Below are positions 1 through 13,231 of a DNA stretch of 64,000 nucleotides, in pieces. Origin of the DNA: Raja brachyura (taxonomy: Eukaryota); NCBI GenBank assembly GCA_963514005.1, contig OY740782.1, positions 136,648,001-136,712,000 of the forward strand. Direction: 5' to 3'. The notes below the pieces were generated by a model. It did no database searches, was not told the origin of the DNA, and saw nothing but the letters and a program-made list of their open reading frames with translations. Each line of letters opens with the position of its first letter. Within the stretch, counting starts at the first letter, position 1. Made by a program: the position numbers and the translations under genes.

Positions 1-159
1 CTCGATGTGGAGTTAGTATCAATGCTGCCTCCGCGAAATAGACCAGATCTATTTGCAGGACAGGTAAACAATATCAGCATCCTCTTACCAGCCTGATCAC
101 ATTCAACCATCTCAATTAAGTTGGCCACAGCATCTGCATGCCTGTGAATGGACACTCCA

Positions 160-265
160 GACACTAAAACAAGATATAAAATGCAGGAGTAACTCAGTGG
201 GCCAGGCAGCATCCGTGGAGAACATGAATAGGTGACATTTTGGGTTGGGACCCTTCTTCGGACAT
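160..265 (-). mobile_element. Short Penelope-derived end (pseudo-LTR-like unit) with degenerate hammerhead motif
   Basis: Minus strand reads gtccgaagaagggtcccaacccaaaatgtcacc...gatgctgcctggcccactgagttactcc, matching the 3' end of the Penelope element at 52600-52695. Confidence 0.75.
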
Positions 266-289
266 GTACTAAGCATTCTTCAGACAGGT

Positions 290-660
290 TATAGTCGTAG
301 AGTTATAGAGTGATACAGTGCGGAAACCAGCCCTTCGGCCCACGTTGCCCACACCGGCCAACATGTCCCAGCTACAATACTCCCACCTGCCAGCATTTGG
401 TCCATATCCCTCCAAACCTGTCCTATCCATGTACCTGTGTAACTGTTTCTTAAATGTCACTGCCTCAACTACCTCCTCTGGCAGGTTGTTCCATATATCC
501 ACCACCCTTTGGGTGAAAAAAATTACCCCTCAGATGATACCAAAAGCCTTTTTGACCACCTGATCTACCTGCGACTCCACCTTCAGGGAACCTATGCACC
601 TGCACCTCTACCCCGAGCCCGACCATTCACTGTGTAGGTCCTGCCAATGTTAGACTTCCC
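290..660 (-). mobile_element. CR1 LINE 3' fragments
   Basis: ORF 269..505 contains WNNLPEEVVEA...FKKQLHRYMDRTGLEGYG (CR1 ORF2 C-terminus) followed by the CR1 3' UTR. Confidence 0.85.
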
Positions 661-669
661 AATAGGCTC

Positions 670-800
670 TTCAGATACTAAAACAAGACACAAAGTGCTG
701 AAGGAACATGGTGCATCAGGAAGCATCCCTGGAGAACATGGACAGGTGACGTTTCATGGGTAGGTGACATTTTATGTTGGAACCCTGCTTCGGACAGAGA
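670..800 (-). mobile_element. Short Penelope-derived end, degenerate
   Basis: Same aaacgtcacct...ctccagggatgct motif as the other copies, with a local duplication. Confidence 0.65.
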
Positions 801-940
801 CTAAACCTTCATCAGACAGGTTCTTCAGATACTAAAACAGAACTCTATTGTGACTCCTCTTCTTCCCAGGAGCATGGGAGAAATGTTTCAACGATACTCT
901 GAGACTCTTATTGAAAATATATATCATCTCCGAATAATAG

Positions 941-1177
941 GAATCCTGTTCTGTGTCCAATCAACATGGAAAATTGGCATTTAGAAACAAGATGAGCAAC
1001 TATGCCTCTGCAATGGGGGCACGCAGTGGACAAAGTACACAGTATCCCCAACAACCCATCCATTCTATATCTGCAACAGAATCCGCAGAAGATGCATTTG
1101 ATCCTTCAACTACATCAATGCCCAGATCACTTGAATCAAAGCTAGGCAACCCAAACTCAAAGAATGCCCAAGAATAA
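941..1177 (+). CDS. Possible terminal coding exon of an unidentified gene
   Basis: Non-repeat open frame ESCSVSNQHGKLAFRNKMSNYASAMGARSGQ...SKNAQE* followed by about 750 bp of unique AT-rich sequence. The acceptor (taatag at 935-940) is weak and I recognise no homology. Confidence 0.25.
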   Translation, partial: ESCSVSNQHGKLAFRNKMSNYASAMGARSGQSTQYPQQPIHSISATESAEDAFDPSTTSMPRSLESKLGNPNSKNAQE

Positions 1178-1994
1178 TCTTTGGTTTTGGAAGATGTACA
1201 TTTTGTTTGGTTTCCCTGAAACAGACATCTTCATTGATTAATGGATAGAATCAAACACACGTCCAAACATCGATTGTGGTTATAAATTTCTTCTTCGACA
1301 CTTCCCTGAAATATTACACAACAGGGCGATTTGTGTAACTCAGGAAATCATAAATAATGCGTGTTATATCAGAGACTGTGGTTGATTATGGGTTATTAAC
1401 TCCTCAATGTATTACTCAGCATTGACCCAGTTTATTTTTAGTTTTGTTTGTTACTCACGATTCCTGATTTTTAGAAGGTTTGCATGAATGACCCATAGTG
1501 CAACTATCACTCATAACTCAGTCTGGAATTCTTCACCTTTTACACTGAAAGGATTGTGACACAGTTTCTTGCATTGAGAAACATACCTGTATTCTTGACA
1601 ACAATGGATTTTGAATAGTAGGCCGTGAAGTTGAAATTAATTCCTGCTTCTGTTTTCGTAGATGCTGCCTTGTCTGTCGTGTAATTCCAACATTTTCTCT
1701 TTGTATGCCAATAGAAATGAATTTTTTTGTTTGTAATCTCCCAAACTGGCAAACAGGTTGGAGATATAGAGAATTTACTAATTCAGTCAATCACCTGTGA
1801 TTCGAAATTATTTGCTGTCTCCGTAACTTGTCAATCATTATTTCAATGAGCAAAGAGTCAGTTGTGGTGCAATTGGAGAAATTATGTCAAAATTGTGCAA
1901 AAGATTCATCTTATTGAATACATATCACAATCACAATCAGTTTTATTCGTCAGTTATATGCTAAACCAAGCAAGTAATTTTCCATAAATCGCAC

Positions 1995-3445
1995 ATAGAA
2001 ACATAGAAAAATAGGTGCAGGAGTAGGCCATTCGGCCCTTCAAGCCTGCACCGCCATTCAATGTGATCATGGCTGATCATCCAACTCAGTATCCCGTACC
2101 TGCCTTCTCTCCATACCCCCTGATCCCTTTAGCCACAAGTGCCACATCTAACGCCCTCTTAAATATAGCCAATGAACTGGCCTCAACTACCTTCTGTGGC
2201 AGAGAATTCCAGAGACTCACCACTCTCTGTGTAAAGAATGTTTTCCTCATCTCGGTCCTAAAGGAATTCCCCCTTATCTTTAGACTGTGACCCCTTGTTC
2301 TGGACTCCCCCAACATCGCGAACAATCTTCCAGCATCTAGCTTGTCCAACCCCTTAAGAATTTTGTAAGTTTCTATAAGATCCCTCCTCAATCTTCTAAA
2401 TTCCAGCGAGAACAAGCCAAGTCTATCCAGTCCTTCCTCATATGAAAGTCCTGACATCCCAGGAATCAGTATGGTGAATCTTCTCTGTACCCCCTCTATG
2501 GCAAGAATGTCTTTCCGCAGATTTGGAGACCAAAACTGTATGCAATACTCCAGGTGTGGCCTCACCAAAACCCTGTACAACTGCAGTAGAACCTCCCTGC
2601 TCCTATACTCAAATCCTTTCCCTATGAATGCTAACATACCATTTGCTTTCTTCACTGCCTGCTGCACCTGCATGCCTACTTTCAATGACTGGTGTACCAT
2701 GACACCCAGGTCTCGTTGCATCTCCCCTTTCCTAAACTGCCACCATTCAGATAATTGTCTACCCTCATGTTTTTGCCACCAAAGTGGATAACCTCACATT
2801 TATCCACATTATACTGCATCTGCCATGCATCTGCCCATTCACTCAGCCTATCCAAATCACCCTGCAGCCTCCAAGCATCCTCCTCACACCTAACTATATC
2901 CCCCAGCTTGGCGTCATCTACAAATTTGGAGATATTGCATTGAATTCCCTCATCCAAATCATTAATATATATTATAAATAGCTGGGGTCCCAGCACTGAG
3001 CCTTGCGTTACCCCACTAGTCACTGCCTGCCATTCTGAAAAGGACCCGTTTACTCCTACCCTTTGCTTCCTGTCTGCTAGCCAGTTCTCTATCCACTAAT
3101 ACTGAACCCCCAATACCGTGTGCTTTAAGTTTGTATGCTAATCTCTTATGCGGGACCTTGTCGAAAGCCTTCTGAAAGTCTAGATATAACACATCCACTG
3201 GTTCTCCCTCATCCACTCGAAAATTCTATCAGATTTGTCAGACATGATTTACCTTTCGTAAATCCATGCTGACTTTGTCCAATGATTTCCAAATGCGCTG
3301 CTATCCCATCTTTAATAACTAACAGTTTCCCCACTACCGATGTTAGACTAACTGGTCTGTAATTCCCCGCTTTCTCTCTCCCTCCTTTTTTAAAAAGTGG
3401 GATTACATTAGCTACCCTCCAATCCTCAGGAACTACTCCAGAGAA
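1995..3445 (-). mobile_element. CR1 LINE family A, 5'-truncated and frameshifted RT
   Basis: ORFs 3016..3216, 2682..3023 and 2086..2721 give YLDFQKAFDKVPH, GVTQGSVLGP, FVDD, RPHLEYCIQFWSP; (tttctatg)n tail; near-identical to copies at 26 kb and 61 kb. Confidence 0.97.
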
Positions 3446-5372
3446 TCAGATCTGTCTGAAGTTAATGCCTCACTTATTTAGTTAAAATAAACTTGTACTT
3501 TACCAGACATAAGTGAACAATGTTTTGACTTGAACGGTAAAATGCACAATTATTATTCCTTAACTACAATATATTGAATTCATAATTCATTGCTTTTGCT
3601 GCAAGAACGCATCAAAGCATCTGATGAACAGCATTCATGGCTCATCACAACATCTTCTGGACTTCATGCATAACAAAACATAGCCACGCCAAGTGCCGAT
3701 GACTGAAGATGTATTTCCATTTATGCAGTCTATGCCACCATTGTTCTGATTGATTGCTCCATACGCTACTCAGAAAACACAAAAAGGTCAGAGGTTTGAT
3801 TCTCTGGTTGACTCAAGGAATAAAAATTTTTTTCTTTGTTCAAAATACTATTCCATTCTGAGATGGTAAATTATTTCCTTTCGTCAGGTGGATGAATCAG
3901 ATATTTATTTTTTAATTTCATGGATAAACAGGCTGGGGAGGCAGAATGGCATTGTCCAGTTCCTGTGGATATAATCTCTTTACGAAATATATCAACAAGA
4001 GGCATTTCAATTGCTTATGTTGTCGAATTAAAAAAGTAGAATTAAAGATGATTTTAAGTCACTCAGGGTGTTGTCTTAATTGGTGTGAACATGCTGTAAC
4101 AGAACAGATGCTGCTGACCTATCCAACAATTCTGACCTGGTGGAAGTAGAAATAACAAGCAAGCAGCCTATTGAACATTCTCTTGAAGATAATGAGACCA
4201 CAGGGTAGCAGGAGTCTTGTCCATACCAATGCAGAAGGAGAAATAAGGAAGACTAAATTGACCAATTTGCTACATGTGGGCAAGCTATGGAATAACTACA
4301 ATTTGCAAAAGAGTTAGTGCACACAGGATTGTTTGTAAGCCAATTAACCTCTGGTGGAATGTAGCGAGAGATAAAACGCCTGCGAACACAAATGTTCAAA
4401 CTGGATACTAATAACAGGACTGTTGAGTACACAGTTATAACATGGAGTAATTAATGGGATGAATCAAAAGGAACAAGTTGTTATGATCAGATACTGATCA
4501 GGAATGGAGCCCTCGTCTCAAGTTGCTCAAGAAGCAATAACTAAATGTGTATTTTTCAAGAAAATGCGCATCTATTTTGTGTAACATTAGCATTGGGTCT
4601 TACAGGTGACATGCAACTATGCCGATTGTTATAACATTCACTGTATCTGCTGTGATTTTAAAGTCATGTCTTCTGTATCTGGGTAGCTTCATTGCACATA
4701 CTCAAATAAACTGGTAAACAAACAAACTTGGGTCTCCACAGAATTGCAGAGGGTCATTTTGCTTGCACACCAAATATCTGCAAATAACAATTTAAAACAC
4801 GATTTATCATGATTGGCACACATCAACAGCTGAGGTGCAGTAGTCTCTGAATTAAGACAATGCACCCAAACAAAAATCTGTCATGCCTACTAAGAGATTA
4901 AATTGCAAAATTACACTCTCTGATTTTTGTGTTCAACTCTTGGGATTTGATAGCAATGCCTTTTGTAATATGTCAAAAATACATGGCTGATATTTAATTA
5001 GTCCATTCACACCTTCGTGCCCAGGCAGTATATTTCTTGAGCCAAAGCCTTGTCTATTGATAGTAAATTCTCAGCATTTCTTTGCACAACTAATCGTAAT
5101 TAAAGCAAGGCAGATAATCAAAGAAAATTGGTTTTCAAACCACCTGCTTTCAAGGTTTGATGCCAGCACTGCACTGCTTGGTTACTGTTGCAGGTAACAG
5201 CAATAACTGGAATGACAAAGTGAAGACTGGAATGGGAATGGTGGCGGAATCACAAGAACGACAGCTGCAAAATGAAAAACTCACTTGCTTAGTTGGGTTT
5301 AGTTCATAGATACAGGACGGAAGCAGGCCCTTCGGCCCATCAAGTCCATGCCACCCAGCAATCCCCGCACAT

Positions 5373-6328
5373 TCATGAATGAATGAATGAATAGGTTTAT
5401 TGGCCAAGTATGCACACATACAAGGAATTTGCCTTGGTGCTCCGCTCGCAAGTAACAGCACGACATTCGGTAAACCATTAAGAATAAAACATAAAACATT
5501 AAAACATTAAGAATAAAACATCATAGTTCAAATGTGTGAATGAAATAAAATACCAGAGTAAAAAGAGGCTACAGACTTTTGGTTATGAAGTAGAGCTACT
5601 GCTCGTGGGAAAAAAAGCTGTTTTTAAGACCGGCTGTGACGGCTTTGACAGTCCGGAGTCGCCTTCCAGAGGGAAGTGCCTCAAAGAGTTTATGGCCAGG
5701 GTGAGAGGGGTCAGAGATGATCTTACCCGCTCGCCCTTGCAGTGTACAGTTCATCGATGGAGGGAAGGTTGCAGCCAACAACCTTGTCAGCTGATCGAAC
5801 GATTCGCTGCAGCCTCCGGATGTCGTGCTTGCTGGCCGAGCCAAACCAGACCATGATGGAGAAGGTGAGGACAGACTCCACGATGGCAGCATAGAATTGG
5901 ACCATCATTGCCTGTGGCAGATTGTGTTTCCTCAGCAGTTGCAGGAAGTACATCCTCCATTGGGCCATTTTGACTGTGGAGTCAATGGTGGCCCCTCATT
6001 TAAGGTCCTTGGAGATGATGGTTCCAAAGAACTTAAAGGCCTCCATAGATGTAACTGTGGTGTTGTTGATGGTGAATGGGGGGAGGGGAAGCTCTCCTAA
6101 TGTCTACTATGAATTCCACCGTCTTAAAAGCATTGAGCTCCAGGTTGTTGCGATGGCACCAGGATGCCAGTTATATCACTTCTTGTCTGTAGGCGGATTC
6201 CTGGATCAGTCCAATCAGGGTTGTGCCATCTGCAAACTTGAGAAGCTTGACAGAGGTGTCTGTGGAGGTGCAGTCATTGGTGTAGAGAGAGTAGAGGAGA
6301 GGGCAGAGTACGCAGCCTTGCGGTGCTG
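5373..6328 (-). mobile_element. Rex1/Babar LINE 3' part with (TTCA)n tail, inserted into a CR1 fragment
   Basis: [31 protein letters not shown] and HPGHKLFEALPSGRR motifs; flanked by CR1 pieces at 5295-5372 and 6330-6400. Confidence 0.93.
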
Positions 6329-6776
6329 AACCTGAATCTAGCTTGTCCAGTCCTTTTATAATGTTATACATTTCTATAAGATGCCTTCTCATCCTTCTAA
6401 TGCCCTCTCATCCTGGAAGCATCCTGCATCCACATGAAGATTGGTATGAGTATAGGCAGGACACTGAGGCGAGTCCAAGTTGCAAGCTGAATCACGTGCA
6501 ATTCAGTCCAGTATTGTACACGAGGTCAAGTTGTGTAAAGTAAATACATAATTTGGAAGTGAAGTTTGAAATAATGCTAGTATATTACTGATGTAAAAAA
6601 ATCCTCATGAATAAATATTACATTTTGCATGCATGTATAGACCTTGCTCAAATCAAATCCTTTTCACCATAAATAACTGTGTTCTAAAATCCTTTTGGCT
6701 TAGGAGTGATAGGAATAATTTTTTCATCTTGTATTCCTAATGTGCCAGCACAATTCACACTACAAATGGTGTAAAA

Positions 6777-7093
6777 GCCCTGTCCCACGGTACGAGTTCA
6801 TTCTAAGAGCTCTTGGTATTTACGGCAAAGAGATTTATGGTAATGGCCACTCGTCGGTACTCGGGGCTCTCGTGGACATTTTTCGACATGTTGAAAAATC
6901 TTCACGAGTCTTCCCGTGCATATCTGCTGTTAGCGAGTCTTCCCGAGTACCTGCGTTTAGCGTTACGAGCCGCTAAGAGACGTCCCCGAGCTCCGACGTA
7001 CCCACTAAGTTTATTCCCCGTGCTTATCACGAGTTTAATTTTTTTTAAACTCGGGAGAGCTCGTGGAATGAACTTGTACCGTGGGACAGGGCT
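6777..7093. mobile_element. PIF/Harbinger-like MITE
   Basis: TIR agccctgtcccacggtacgagttcatt ... aatgaacttgtaccgtgggacagggct; non-coding; related to 57492-57800. Confidence 0.85.
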
Positions 7094-7529
7094 ACACCAC
7101 AATGGGGTTAAAAAGTTTTGTAGCCACCAGAACCCTGACCTATATTCACTGTAAGTACATAATAATGGAATCCAAGAGCAGAAACAAGCTAGTCAGGCGG
7201 TTCCTCAGACTTCTTCCACAATATCATTGGATTTTGACACAGCTTCACTTTACAGAATTACCTTCCCTATTCTGGATAGCTCCGCCATATTCAATACATA
7301 GCACACATTGAACAAGGGGGTGATGGCTAAGCAGTAATTTCACTGAATAAGTCACCTGATCATCTAAATGCAACCAAGGGCTGAGATGAGAACAATCATC
7401 ATCAGTTGTCTAGTTTTACATCATATATTGGGCAGATCAAGCCAGGCTAATTTCAGATAATCTCATTTGCTGCTGTTAGTAACAGTAGTTGCTGAGCTAT
7501 AAGGCGATTATGAGAATGGGCAAATGAAA

Positions 7530-8190
7530 GGTCATAAAGTCATTGAGTCACACAGCGTGGAAACAGGCCCTTCGGCCCAACTTGACCGCACTGACCAACA
7601 TACTCCATTTAGATTAGTCCCACCTGCCCATGCTTGGCCCATATCCCTCTAAAGCTATCCTTAGCATGTAGCTGTCCAAAGGTCTCTTAAATGTTATAAT
7701 AGTACCTGCCTTAACTACCTCCTCTGGCAATTCATTCCATATATTCATCACCCTTTGTGTAAAGAGAATTATCCCATAGGCGGTGCTGGCTCGAAGGATC
7801 GAATGGCCTACTCCTGCACCTACTGTCTATTGGCTCCTATTAAATCCTTTCCCCCTCACCTTAAACCTATGTCCCCAAGTTCTCGATTCCCCTACACTGG
7901 GTGAAATACTGTGTGCTTTACCCGATCTATTCCTCTCATGATTTTGTACATCTGTAGAAGATCACCTCTCATCCTGTGCTCCTAGCCTGCCCAACGTATG
8001 CCAATAGCTCAGGTCCTCAAGTCCTGGCAACATTCTCGTAAATCTTCTCTGCACCCTCTCCAGCTTGACAACATCTTTCCTACAACATGGCGACCAAAAT
8101 CGAACCCAATATTCTAAATGTGGCCTCACCAATGCCTTCTACAATTGTAACATGACGTCCAAACTTCGATACTCAATACTCTGACGGATG
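7530..8190 (-). mobile_element. CR1 LINE 3' fragment
   Basis: Degenerate ALVRPHLEY...WSP-coding sequence and CR1 3' UTR (gaaacaggcccttcggccc). Confidence 0.85.
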
Positions 8191-8199
8191 AGAGGGTAA

Positions 8200-8925
8200 G
8201 TGAAATGTCATAGTAATGTCAAATGTAATGTGGAGAAAATGTAAGATTGTACATTTCGTCAGAAAAGCATATTTTGTTATTGGTGAGAGATTGCAGAACT
8301 CTGAAATGCAATGGGATTTGGGTGTGCTGATGCATGAAGCTGGTTTGCAAGTACAATAAGCAATTGGAAGGTAAACAATGTCACTGCTTATGCTTGGAGA
8401 ATTGAATACCAAATAAAGGTGCATAATGCTTTAGAAGACACTGGGAACTGCAGAGCTGGAATCTTGAGTAAAACACAAAGTACTGGAGTAACTGAGCAAG
8501 TCAAACAGCATCTCTGAAGGACATGGCTGGGCGCCGTTTTGGGTCGGGACACAATCAGACTCGATATGCTTTAGTTTTGTGGGCTTGTGGTGAAGCTAGA
8601 TTGTGAATACTGTGTACACTATTCATTATATTTAAGGATGCCATTGCATTAGAAGCTGGTAAGGTAAGGTTAAATAAACTAATGTATGAAATTGACTAGG
8701 CTTTTTTTTATTGGAGAAAAGTGAAAGAGAACTGTGAAAAAGAACGGGAATGAAAGTAAACTGTCTAAGATCATGTGATGAGCTAGGATTCTTGACAGGA
8801 GGAATGTGAAGAGGGTGTTTCCATGTGGTGGAATCTAGAACTAGAAATCACTCGTTAAAAATATGAAAAATAGTAATTGCCCATTTAAAACTCGAACAAG
8901 GTGTTGGTTTCCCCAGAGTGTCAAG
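8200..8925 (+). mobile_element. Old CR1 fragment (continues at about 10827-11020) with a nested Penelope-derived end at about 8435-8560
   Basis: Degenerate NVEKCKIVHF, DLGVLMH and ESRTRNHSLKI motifs. Confidence 0.7.
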
Positions 8926-8932
8926 TGTCTAA

Positions 8933-10824
8933 TGGGCCTGTCCAACTTAGGCAATTTGTTAGGCGACCACAGGCGACTTGACTGTTGCCACATGTTCGCT
9001 GGTGGTCGCCGGGGTATCACCTGTCAAGTGTCAAGTGTCAAGTGAGTTTATTGTCATGTGTCCCTAATAGGACAATGAAATTCTTGCTTTGCTTCAGCAC
9101 AACAGAACAAAGTAGGCATTGACTACAAAAACAGATCAGTGTGTTCATATACCATTATATAAATATATACACACATGAATAAATAAACTGATCAAGTGCA
9201 AATAACAGATAATGGGTTATTAATGTTCAGAGTTTTGTCCGAGTCAGGTTTAATAGTCTGATGGCTGTGGGGAAGTAGCTATTCCTGAACCTGGTCGTTG
9301 TAGTCTTCAGTCTCCTGTACCTTCTACCTCAAGGTAGCAGGGAGATGAGCGTGTGGCCAGGATGGTGTGGGTCCTTGATGATACTGCCAGCCTTTTTGAG
9401 GCAGCGACTGCGGTAAATCCCCTGGATGGAAGGAAGGTCTGAGCCGATGATAGACTGAGCAGTGCTTACTACTTTTTGTAGTCTTTTCCTCTCCAGGGCG
9501 CTCAAGTTGCTGAACCAAGCCACGATGCAACCGGTCAGCAAGCTCTCTATTGTGCACCTGAAGAAGTTAGAGAGAGTCCTCCTTGACAAACCGACTCTCC
9601 GTAATCTTCTCAGGAAGTAGAGGTGCTGATGAGCTTTCTTGATAATTGAATCAGTGTTCTCGGACCAGGAAAGATCTTCAGAGATGTGCACGCCCAGGAA
9701 TTTGAAGCTCTTGACCCTTTCAACCATCGACCCGTTGATATAAACAGGACTGCGGGTCCCCATCCTACTCCTTCCAAAGTCCACAATCAGTTCCTTGGTT
9801 TTGCTGGTGTTGAGGGCCAGGTTATTGTGCTGGCACCATATCGACAGTTGCTCGATCTCTCTTCTGTACTCCGACTCATCCCCATCAGTGATACGTCCCA
9901 CAACAGTGGTGTCGTCAGCGAACTTGATGATGGAGTTCGCACTGTGACCGGCTACGCGGTCATGAGTATAGAGAGAGTACAGCAGCGGGCTGAGCACGCA
10001 GCCTTGAGGTGCTCCCGTGCTGATTGTTATCGAGTCTGACACATTTTCACCAATATGAGCAGACTGTGGTCTGTGAATGAGGAAGTCGAGGATCCAATTG
10101 CAGAGGGATGCGCAGGGACCCAGTTCTGCGAGTTTGGTAACCAGCTTGGAGGAGATGATAGTATTAAATGCTGAGCTGTAATCGATGAATAACAGCCTGA
10201 CATATGAGTTTTTGTTGTCCAAGTGGTCCAGAGCGGAGTGGAGAGCCAGCGAGATCGCATCCACCATTGATCTGTTGTGGCGGTAAGCGAACTACAGTGG
10301 GTCCAGGTTTTTGTCAAGGTAGGAGTTGTGCCACAGGTCGTTAGTCATTGAGTATGGTTGTGAGTAGTTTCCTCAGTCGCGCAAAGAGTCATAGCGTCTT
10401 TCTGGTCAACATGCTGAAAAATTTTTGGCGACACTGCGTTTGACACATATGAGCATATCTTGACTTCTACTGACGTAGGTGCTATTGTAGGTAGAGGCCA
10501 GGTTAACCATGATGACGTATGTTGTCACTGGTGGTAACTTCGGTGAATTCCATTGGCGACTACCTACTTCAACCTACATCAACCGGCGACAGGTACCGGC
10601 AACTAAATTGTCTTACCTTGTCGTAGCTTGTCGAGGGGTGGACTTGGTGTGGTTGTAGGTGGAATCCTAATGGTCGCTGATTGCCTTAGCTTGATGTTGA
10701 CTAGGAGGTAGGTTGTTGTCATTTTCATAGGGGGGGGTCCAGTCGCCATTTTTTCAGCGACCTGCTACGACTATGACAGTCACCAGCAGTCGCCGAAGTA
10801 AATCGCCTGAGTGGGACAGGCCCA
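8933..10824. mobile_element. PIF/Harbinger-like MITE interrupted by a Rex1 insertion
   Basis: TIR tgggcctgtccaacttaggcaattt ... aaatcgcctgagtgggacaggccca; taa/tta flanks. Confidence 0.85.
9025..10328 (-). mobile_element. Rex1/Babar LINE, 5'-truncated, open RT frame 9329..10267
   Basis: [45 protein letters not shown]; (cacttga)n tail. Confidence 0.96.
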
Positions 10825-11454
10825 TTAGGAACTCACTTCCCCAAGGGCCAGTGGATGCAGTCCTTTTGTATATTGATAAGGGAGCGGCAAGATACATGAT
10901 AAACAATCGGGTGAACGTTTACCACAGATAGATGGAAATGCAATCACATCAGATTACAATCAGATCAACGGTAGACTTGTTCAATGGTGAAGCAGGCTCG
11001 AGGGATATTCTCCTCCATCTAATTTATGTTGTTCACATGATGACATCCTCATTGTAGGATTAAACTATTATACGAGAGGCAAATCATTAGTTGTCAGAGA
11101 TGATTATTTATGCTCCATGCTTTCTACATAATTAATAATTAATTCATATATTATCCATATTAAACTCCATCTGCAAATACATCCCTAAGATTTTTCCAAT
11201 CACTTGATTATAACTAGCTTCAATTATACTGCTCGCCTCATAATACAAATTATCAGTATTGTTAAATGCACAAGAATTTTTTTTAAATCCCACAGCACTG
11301 GTAAAATACCACAAACCAATTGTCGACATGAATGCCTTTGCAATGTTGTTAGGAAGACCAACCAAGTTTTTTTCCCCAAATGGTCATAAATAGCAAATGA
11401 GCCAAGGGTCTTTTTGTATTCTATTAGAATTATTCAGCTCTGTTTTGATTCCTA

Positions 11455-12245
11455 GTTCAAGTTCACATTTACTGTCCCATGCACCAATTAAGGTACAGTG
11501 ATATTTGAGTTACCATACAGCCATACAAGTAAAGAGAACCCAATACACAATCAAATTTAACATAAACATCCAACACAGTGGAATCAGCATTCTTCACTGT
11601 GATGGAAGGCAATAAAGTCCAGTCATCTTCCTCTTAAGTTCACTCGTGGTCTTGAACCCTCCACAGTCGCCGCTACAGATGTTCAGGCGGGATGATCGAA
11701 ACTCCATCGTTGGGCTGGATCAAAACACACTCCACGGCTTGGAGTTCCCGAACGGCCGCTTCTTACCGGAGACCGCGGGCGGCTTCACGATGTTAACATC
11801 CACAGGCCCCCGCGGTTGGAGTTCCAACACTGGTAATCCTCGGCAAAGGATCGCAGCTCTGCGATGTTAAAGTCTACGCCGCACCCGCAGCTAGAAGCCC
11901 CGCAGACCGCCACTTCACGATGTTAAAGTCAACAGGAACCTGCGGTCGGAGCTCCTACACTGGCGATCCTCGGCAAAGGATCCCAGGCACCCCGATGGTA
12001 ATTTTACGCTGCGCCTGCTGCTTGAAGCTCCGGACCGCCGGTCTCCAGTCTGGAGAGGCCGCACCAATCCAGTTGTTAGGCCGCGAGGGGGGGAAAATAG
12101 TCACATCTCCGTCGGTTTCTCCCAATCCCCCCCGCCCACCCCCCACATCAAACCTACCGAGAAATATTAAAATATACATTTAGACCCACTAAAAATAACA
12201 AAACACGAGCTGCTAGCGAAGCTGCCGCTCGCAGCACCATCTGGT
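11455..12245 (-). mobile_element. Composite non-coding retroposon, copy 1
   Basis: AGATGG head, T/G-rich block, GC-rich internally repeated middle, TGCCTTCC hairpin at 11568-11612, Rex-like tail ending (gaactt)n. Confidence 0.7.
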
Positions 12246-12769
12246 GGTCATTTAGGTCACACATGGGTATTTTTTGTCTGGTGGTCAGTTCAGTGTCCAG
12301 TAATACTCGGCCGTGGTAGTGTTGAGGTTTGTGATAGTTGCTGCTGTTTCAATACCGTGCCACATTTATAGCACAACTCTCACAACTAAGCATTGGAGAC
12401 GGTGGAGGAGGAGACCAAGAAAAACTATTTTCTATCTCAGCCGATCATGCTCACTTATCTTTTACTGTGGCCTCTGCAGCAGCTACATGACCACACACTG
12501 GTAAGAAAAATGCAAAATAAACATTCCAAACCGGATATATATATATATAAAGCAAAACCCATGATAATGCATGAAAATATCAACTATTCATGTTTGTCTT
12601 TTATTTTACATTAATTCATGCATAGTGTGCACATCAATGCCTGCATGTATTGACCTTCTGGAATTATTCATGCACTGAGGAGCCAGCTCAGTCAGTGATC
12701 ATGTGCAGATCCCACCTCTTTGTTATTCGCTAAATTATGTTCACTATCAGCATACAAATCTGGTGGCAG

Positions 12770-13015
12770 TCAGCATAAGATGGAGGGGAGGTGTTTCTTT
12801 AGACAGAGGATGCTGTATCTGTGCAATTATTTCCCACAGAAGGCTGTGGAGGCAAAATCAGCCCTTTTAAGGCAGAGATAGATTATTAGTATAGAGGTTA
12901 TGGGGAGAAGGCAGGAGAATGGGGTTAGGAGGGAGAGATGGATCAGCCATGATCGAATGGCAGAGTAGAGTTGATGGACCGAATTGCCTAATTCTGCTCC
13001 GAAATCTTATGATCT
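12770..13015 (+). mobile_element. CR1 3' end
   Basis: FPQKAVEA...RGYGEKAG-like sequence plus gatcagccatgatcgaatggc 3' UTR. Confidence 0.85.
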
Positions 13016-13231
13016 TCTTTACATTGAATGCATTCAACTGAGGGGAGAAATGATAAATCGTAAGATGGCAATAAGGGTTTATGGTAAGGTTGAAAGAGGA
13101 GAAGCATCTTTGTAGATCAGTAGAGATCTAGTTGTGCGAAGGATAAGGCACAAGACATAGCCACCATCTTTCAATTCAGTTCCATTATTGGTAACGACCA
13201 ATGTTTGTGACTAATGACAGAACTGGTCACC

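Noticed and set aside
1459-1545. Minus-strand segment with good acceptor and gtgagt donor
   Set aside because: Stops in all three frames; at most a non-coding exon.
12372-12500. Plus-strand exon-like segment ending CTG|gtaaga
   Set aside because: Several possible acceptors and frames, no partner exon, and no recognisable peptide.
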